Part shown: positions 59,179 to 64,000 of the stretch, one piece after another
Position numbering within the stretch: the first letter of the stretch is position 1
How the letters are laid out: each line of letters begins with the position of its first letter
DNA from: an uncultured Alphaproteobacteria bacterium
GTDB taxonomy: Bacteria; Pseudomonadota; Alphaproteobacteria; SHVP01
Assembly: GCA_964350495.1 (NCBI GenBank)
Contig: CAYGKG010000003.1
Span: forward strand, 4,825 to 68,824
DNA length: 64,000 bases
Direction: 5' to 3'
The notes under the pieces: generated by a model
Database searches by the model: none
Told to the model about the DNA's origin: nothing
Seen by the model: the letters and a program-made list of their open reading frames with translations, nothing else
Position numbers and translations under genes: made by a program

Positions 59179-59277
59179 TTCCCCTGTCTTTCTTGCTATG
59201 TAGCGCCATCATCTTCCCGAAGATACGCCCTGTGGCCGTGGATTCCCCCACGGACGGGCCGCCGCGCCGGAGCCAAA

Positions 59278-60678
59278 ATGACCAAATTCACCGATTACAA
59301 AGTCAAGGACATGTCCCTCGCCGATTGGGGCCGCAAGGAACTGACGATCGCCGAAATCGAGATGCCGGGGCTGATGGCCCTACGCGAAGAATACGGGGCC
59401 CAGAAACCCCTCAAAGGCGCCCGGATCGCCGGGAGCATCCACATGACGGTGCAGACCGGCGTTCTGATCGAAACCCTGGTCGAACTTGGCGCCGACGTAC
59501 GGTGGTCCTCGTGCAACATCTACTCGACCCAAGACCATGCCGCCGCCGCGATCGCGGCGAAGGGGATCCCGGTTTTTGCCGAGAAGGGCGAAACGCTCGA
59601 GGAATACTGGGAATATGTGAACAAGATTTTCGAATGGGGCGACGGCGGCATGCCCAACATGATTCTCGATGATGGAGGCGATGCCACCATCCTGGTGCAC
59701 CTAGGCCGTGAGGCCGAAAAGGATGCCTCGGTGCTGAACAACCCGGGCAACGAGGAAGAAGAGGTTCTGTTCGCGTCGATCAAGAACCGGATGGCGAAGA
59801 AACCGGGCTGGTACACCGCTCTGGGCGACGCGATCCGCGGCGTCACCGAAGAAACGACCACCGGTGTGCACCGGCTTTACGAGATGGAGAAGAAAGGGAC
59901 GCTCCTGTTCCCGGCCATCAATGTCAACGATTCCGTCACCAAATCGAAGTTCGACAACCTCTATGGCTGTCGCGAAAGCCTTGTCGACGGCATTCGCCGC
60001 GGCACCGATGTGATGATGGCCGGCAAGGTCGCCGTCGTCGCCGGCTACGGCGACACCGGTAAGGGATCCGCGCAGTCGCTACGCAGCGCCGGGTGTCGCG
60101 TCCTGGTCACCGAAATCGATCCGATTTGCGCGCTGCAGGCCGCGATGGAGGGATACGAGGTCGTGACCATGGAAGATGCCGCGCCGCAGGGCGATATCTT
60201 TGTCACGGCGACGGGCAATCTCGACGTCATCACGCTCGATCACATGCGGGATATGAAAGACCACGCGATTGTCTGCAACATCGGACACTTCGATTCCGAG
60301 ATCCAGATCAACGCCCTCAAGAACTTCAAATGGGACGAAATCAAACCGCAGGTCGACGAGGTCGAGTTCCCCGACGGCAAGAAACTGATCATCCTGTCCA
60401 AGGGACGTTTGGTGAACCTCGGCAACGCGATGGGGCACCCCAGCTTCGTGATGAGCGCCTCGTTCACCAACCAGGTGCTGGCGCAGAACGAGCTTTGGAA
60501 CAACACCGGCGCCTACCAAAAGAAGGTCTATGTGTTGTCCAAGGAGTTGGACGAAAAGGTCGCGGCGCTGCACCTCAAGAAGCTCGGCGCCCGCCTATCG
60601 GTCCTCAACGACAAGCAGGCCAAGTACCTTAGCCTCAACAAAGAAGGCCCCTACAAGCCCGAGCACTATCGCTATTAG
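59278..60678 (+). CDS. ahcY: Adenosylhomocysteinase
   Basis: 466 aa starting [28 protein letters not shown], with the NAD-binding [10 protein letters not shown] and a C-terminal YRY. Confidence 0.95.
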   Translation: MTKFTDYKVKDMSLADWGRKELTIAEIEMPGLMALREEYGAQKPLKGARIAGSIHMTVQTGVLIETLVELGADVRWSSCNIYSTQDHAAAAIAAKGIPVFAEKGETLEEYWEYVNKIFEWGDGGMPNMILDDGGDATILVHLGREAEKDASVLNNPGNEEEEVLFASIKNRMAKKPGWYTALGDAIRGVTEETTTGVHRLYEMEKKGTLLFPAINVNDSVTKSKFDNLYGCRESLVDGIRRGTDVMMAGKVAVVAGYGDTGKGSAQSLRSAGCRVLVTEIDPICALQAAMEGYEVVTMEDAAPQGDIFVTATGNLDVITLDHMRDMKDHAIVCNIGHFDSEIQINALKNFKWDEIKPQVDEVEFPDGKKLIILSKGRLVNLGNAMGHPSFVMSASFTNQVLAQNELWNNTGAYQKKVYVLSKELDEKVAALHLKKLGARLSVLNDKQAKYLSLNKEGPYKPEHYRY

Positions 60679-60700
60679 CGCACTGCGTTAACCAACGAAG

Positions 60701-60737
60701 CCTCCGGAAACCGGTCATCGGGAGCGGATTCCGGAGG
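60701..60737 (+). terminator. Candidate stem-loop downstream of ahcY (9-bp stem CCTCCGGAA/TTCCGGAGG, 19-nt loop)
   Basis: A perfect 9-bp inverted repeat starting 23 nt after the ahcY stop. No clear U-tract follows. A second 7-bp hairpin GCGCAAC/GTTGCGC lies at 60771-60789. Confidence 0.3.
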
Positions 60738-60842
60738 GTTCGGCCCGTTCCCTGGCATAAAAGCGTTCCTGCGCAACGGGTTGTTGCGCTATAGTTCGAT
60801 CCTCGTTTAACGGCGAAAGACGCAGATGTCGGGGGTTCGCTA

Positions 60843-61682
60843 ATGTCGATACCAACAATCATCGGCCTGCTGTTCGGCTTGGGATTGGTCGCGGGCGCCA
60901 TCGTCATTTCGGGCGGCAGCGCGACGGCCTTTCTCAGCTTGCCCAGCGCCATGATCGTGATCGGCGGGACGCTGGCGGCCGGATTCATCGGCTATCAGGC
61001 CCGGTATGTTATTCTATCGATCAAGGAAATCGGCCAACTCCTGGTCAAGGAGAAGATCAACCGGGCGATGCTGACCGTCGAAACCGGCAAGATCATCCGC
61101 TGGGGCTACCTCGTCAAGAAACACGGCATCTTGGCCCTGGAACGGGAAATCAAATCGGCGAAGCAACAGGACCACTTCCTCAACTACGGCGTCGAGCTGG
61201 TGATTACCGGTTATTCGGGCGACGAAGTGCGCGGCATGTTGTCGGCCGCCGCCGAGGGCACCATGCAGCGCAAGCTAGTCAGCGCAAACATCCTGAAAAC
61301 GCTGGCATCGGTGTCGCCGGCGTTTGGGATGATCGGCACGTTGATCGGGTTGATCATCATTTTGCAAAAACTCGTGTCCGATCCCGCCGGCCTTGGGCCT
61401 GGGTTGGCTTTGGCGTTGATCACCACCCTTTACGGCGTGATCATGCAACGGTTGGTGTTCTCGCCCGCAGCGAGCAAAGTCGAGCAGAAGGCGGGCATCT
61501 TGCGGTTCCGCAACTTCCTCGTCACCGAAGGATTCGCGATGCTCGCCGAGCACCGCAGCCCGCGATACATCCAAGATCGCATGAACAGCTATCTCGATCC
61601 CGAGATTCACTATTCGATCGACAAAAAGGGCGGCGCCACCGGCGGCGGGCAACGCAAGCAACAGCAGCGCCGGGCCGCGTAG
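60843..61682 (+). CDS. motA: MotA/PomA-family stator proton-channel protein
   Basis: 279 aa with four TM segments, a large cytoplasmic loop between TM2 and TM3, and conserved PAFGMIGTLIGL and ALITTLYGV...SP motifs with the two conserved Pro residues. Confidence 0.75.
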   Translation: MSIPTIIGLLFGLGLVAGAIVISGGSATAFLSLPSAMIVIGGTLAAGFIGYQARYVILSIKEIGQLLVKEKINRAMLTVETGKIIRWGYLVKKHGILALEREIKSAKQQDHFLNYGVELVITGYSGDEVRGMLSAAAEGTMQRKLVSANILKTLASVSPAFGMIGTLIGLIIILQKLVSDPAGLGPGLALALITTLYGVIMQRLVFSPAASKVEQKAGILRFRNFLVTEGFAMLAEHRSPRYIQDRMNSYLDPEIHYSIDKKGGATGGGQRKQQQRRAA

Positions 61683-61693
61683 AAGTCTAACCC

Positions 61694-62359
61694 ATGGCCG
61701 CCGCACCGCCACCGATTAAGCAAGCCGACGCCAGCGAAGACGATTGGCTCATCACCTATGCCGACGCCATCACGCTGCTGATGGCGTTCTTCGTGATTAT
61801 GTTCTCGATCTCCGAACCCAACACGGAGAAGTTCGAAGAAGTCACCAAGGGTATGGTCGAGACTCTATCGCGGCAGGAGGTCCAGAGTCCTTTCGCCGAT
61901 CTGCGCAAAGACCTGAACTCGGTCGCTGCCGAATCCGGCGAACAAGCCCAGGTCGATACGACGACGCGCGGTCTGACGTTTCAGTTCCAGAGCGGCAAGA
62001 TGTTCGCCCCCGGTTCGGCGGAGATCCTGCCCGAAGCCTTTCCGCTGCTGGACCGCGTCGCGCAAAACCTCACGCTGTTCGGCAACACCAATTACAACGT
62101 GATCGTCGAAGGGCATACCGACGACGTTCCCATCAATACCGCGACGTTCCCATCGAACTGGGAATTGTCCTCGGCCCGTGCCTCCGCCGTGGTGCGGTAC
62201 TTCCTGTCGCGCAACCTCGACGCCAAGCGGTTCCGCGCGGTCGGCCTCGCCGACACCGAATCGCCCCGGAACGCCCCGTTGATCAATCGGAGCACCGGCG
62301 AGCCCATTCCCGAAAACCGGGAAGCCAATCGCCGCGTCGTGGTGAAGATCGAGCGCTAG
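61694..62359 (+). CDS. motB: MotB/OmpA-family stator protein
   Basis: 221 aa. The N-terminal plug/TM region has the conserved Asp (WLITYADAITLLMAFFVIMF). The C-terminal OmpA-like peptidoglycan-binding domain reads NWELSSARASAVVRYF...NRRVVVKI. Confidence 0.75.
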   Translation: MAAAPPPIKQADASEDDWLITYADAITLLMAFFVIMFSISEPNTEKFEEVTKGMVETLSRQEVQSPFADLRKDLNSVAAESGEQAQVDTTTRGLTFQFQSGKMFAPGSAEILPEAFPLLDRVAQNLTLFGNTNYNVIVEGHTDDVPINTATFPSNWELSSARASAVVRYFLSRNLDAKRFRAVGLADTESPRNAPLINRSTGEPIPENREANRRVVVKIER

Positions 62360-62391
62360 AAGCGGCGCGAAACCTCCCTCAGAAAGAGTCC

Positions 62392-62408
62392 CCGGTCCGA
62401 AGGACCGG
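62392..62408 (+). terminator. Short GC hairpin after motB (CCGGTCC-GAA-GGACCGG), no U-tract
   Basis: A perfect 7-bp stem, 33 nt after the motB stop. Confidence 0.25.
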
Positions 62409-62480
62409 CCACAACCGTCAAGAGCCCGAGAAGGGGGCCGAGCGCGTCCGCCCATCGAGAGGCCTCGGGAGGCCCATGCC

Positions 62481-62705
62481 ATGTTATTGCCGGTCCCGCC
62501 GGTTGAACCGCCCCTTGAGATCGCCCGACACGCCGGATCCCTGCTGCAAACGCATGCGGACCTCGTGGCGCGATTCGGCCTGGGGGTCGCGCCGACCTTC
62601 AAACAGGAGCTCAACCGCGTGATCGCGCGCCTCGCGGTCGAGGAGGCGGTGGAATCGGCGCGCGCCATCGAAGGCGTGACGGGCAGCCCCCAATCTGGGT
62701 TATGA
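62481..62705 (+). CDS. Hypothetical 74-aa protein
   Basis: ATG with GGGAGG 8 nt upstream. High GC3 and helical-looking sequence (FKQELNRVIARLAVEEAVESARAIEG). No recognisable family. Confidence 0.3.
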   Translation: MLLPVPPVEPPLEIARHAGSLLQTHADLVARFGLGVAPTFKQELNRVIARLAVEEAVESARAIEGVTGSPQSGL

Positions 62706-62740
62706 TGCCCGGCAAAGGCCACAAATCGGGGAGGTGGGCG

Positions 62741-64000
62741 ATGACCCAACGGTGGGACGTAATCGTTGTTGGCGGCGGCACGGCGGGCATGCCGGCGGCA
62801 ACATTTGCCGCCGAGCGCGGCGCCCGGGTCTTGATAATCGACGCGGCGGCCGATGTCGGCGGGACACTTCATCTATCGACCGGCCAGCTCAGCGCAGCCG
62901 GCACACGCCTGCAAGCCGCGAAGGGGGTGCGCGACACCACCGATGCGCATTACGACGATATCATGCGAATCAGCAAGAACACCGCCGACAAATCGCTGGT
63001 GCGCCTCGCCGTGGACAACGCCGCGGAAACCTTCGACTGGTTGCAAGACAACGGATTCGTCCCCCTCGACGAACACCCCGTGATGGGCCACGCCCATGAA
63101 CCCTATGCCGAGCGACGCTATTACTGGGGTGTCGATGGCGGCTTGACCATCCTCGAAACGCTGCGCCGGCCGCTGCAAACGCAAATCGACGCGGGCCGGG
63201 TTACGCTAAAGCTATCCACCGAAGTCACCGCCCTTGTGACCGACAAGCAAGGGGGCGTCGTCGGCGTCAAAACCAAGGGGCCGGGCGGCGATGAAACCAT
63301 CCACGGACACAACGTCGTGTTGGCCTGCGGCGGCTATTCGTCGAGCAACGAGATGTTCGAGAAATTGAACGGCGTCCCACAATATTTCGACGGCGCCTAC
63401 CCCTATTCCCAGGGCGCGGGCTTGCGTCTGGGCGAATCGGTCGGCGGCTGGTTGCGCGGCCACGAACATTACTTGTGCGGGTACGGCGCGGTCCTCGACG
63501 CCGACACGATCCCCGCCAAACTCACCGTGCGACCGATCCACCACCCCGACGTGCGGGCGCCGTGGGAAATCCACGTCAACGTCCGCGGCGAGCGCTACGT
63601 CAAGGAAGACGTCGATAGCGTGGACGTGCGCGAACATGCGTTGCTCAAGCAGCCCGATCTGCGCCGCTGGATCGTCTACGACGCTGCGATCGCCAAGGCC
63701 TCGCCGCCGCAGTTCGCCAACACGACCAAAGAGCAAGAGATGGCGTTCTTCGGGACACACCCGATGTTCGCCAAGGCAGACACGTTGGCCGCCCTGGCCA
63801 AGGCGGCCGGGATCGACGCCAAGGGTCTCGCCGCGACGGTCGCGGCCTACAACGCCGGTATCGAGAACGGCACCGCCGATCCGATGGGACGCACCCATCG
63901 TCCGCTGCCCATCAAGCAAGGTCCGTTCTACGCGGTCCGGGTTCAGGGGACGTCGATTTCGAGCACGGTCGGCCTCGCGGTCGACGGGGATTTGCGGGTC
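62741..64000 (+). CDS. FAD-dependent oxidoreductase (fumarate reductase / succinate dehydrogenase flavoprotein-like), 3-prime end beyond the window
   Basis: Manual translation from ATG 62741 (GGGGAGG upstream) gives MTQRWDVIVVGGGTAGMPAATFAAERGARVLIIDAAADVGGT... and later VVLACGGYSSSNEMF. The frame stays open to the window end, so it is absent from the ORF track. Confidence 0.8.
   Translation, partial: MTQRWDVIVVGGGTAGMPAATFAAERGARVLIIDAAADVGGTLHLSTGQLSAAGTRLQAAKGVRDTTDAHYDDIMRISKNTADKSLVRLAVDNAAETFDWLQDNGFVPLDEHPVMGHAHEPYAERRYYWGVDGGLTILETLRRPLQTQIDAGRVTLKLSTEVTALVTDKQGGVVGVKTKGPGGDETIHGHNVVLACGGYSSSNEMFEKLNGVPQYFDGAYPYSQGAGLRLGESVGGWLRGHEHYLCGYGAVLDADTIPAKLTVRPIHHPDVRAPWEIHVNVRGERYVKEDVDSVDVREHALLKQPDLRRWIVYDAAIAKASPPQFANTTKEQEMAFFGTHPMFAKADTLAALAKAAGIDAKGLAATVAAYNAGIENGTADPMGRTHRPLPIKQGPFYAVRVQGTSISSTVGLAVDGDLRV

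Noticed and set aside
59153-59277. SAH riboswitch upstream of ahcY
   Set aside because: As I recall the SAH riboswitch core, it has a GC-rich pseudoknotted element with conserved AGGCUC and AACGGCGCUCAC-like segments. I could not find these. The region is instead AT-rich at its 5-prime end, with one simple hairpin. A covariance-model search with RF01057 would be the decisive test.
60745-60800. Sigma-54 (TGGCAT...) or sigma-28 promoter upstream of motA
   Set aside because: TGGCATAAAAGCG has the GG, but no GC dinucleotide lies at the required 10-nt spacing. No TAAA-N15-GCCGATAA-like motif is present either. A similar TGGCGC...CTGC string near 16363-16378, upstream of uppP, also has the wrong spacing.
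60843-62359. Zorya-type anti-phage system (ZorA/ZorB are MotA/MotB homologues)
   Set aside because: ZorA proteins are much longer, with a long C-terminal tail domain. They are accompanied by ZorC/ZorD or ZorE. Here MotA is a normal 279 aa, and the downstream genes are a 74-aa ORF and an FAD oxidoreductase.

Overview
High-GC (~63-65%) chromosomal segment, apparently from an alphaproteobacterium. The gltD-gltB gene order and the chvI-chvG-hprK-rapZ-manX-npr cluster suggest Rhodospirillales. The window is densely packed with conserved housekeeping genes. In order these are: pheS/rplT/rpmI, an ArsR-CDF metal cassette, infC/thrS, a glycosyltransferase, queG, a GST, gltDB, uppP and tRNA-Leu. Next come the kdsD-lptCAB-rpoN-ptsN cluster, an M23 peptidase, hsp20-DUF1150, speE and tRNA-Ala. 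Then follows a long plus-strand run, aroA-cmk-rpsA-sppA-ihfB-lapA-pyrF-trpFBA-accD-folC. After that come trxA, the minus-strand chain tsaE-amgK-murU-addB-addA, and pckA. The window ends with chvIG-hprK-rapZ-manX-npr, ahcY, a motAB-like stator pair and a partial FAD oxidoreductase. I found no mobile elements, CRISPR arrays, rRNA, integrases, toxin-antitoxin modules or defence-type modules, and no convincing novel multi-gene system. The points worth a second look are small-scale: (1) The EIIA-Man paralogue has Gln where the phospho-accepting His is expected. (2) Three genes (infC, an RNase D-like exonuclease abutting tRNA-Leu, and tsaE) can only encode their conserved N-termini from ATA/ATC/ATT starts, each with a well-spaced Shine-Dalgarno. 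(3) hpf is missing between rpoN and ptsN, replaced by a 273-nt region with a strong promoter-like motif. (4) A SmtB-type regulator plus a short CDF transporter interrupts the infC-rpmI-rplT cluster. (5) Several palindromes and repeated motifs lie in AT-rich intergenic islands. All coordinates and start-site revisions come from manual reading of the sequence and the ORF track. No database search was run.
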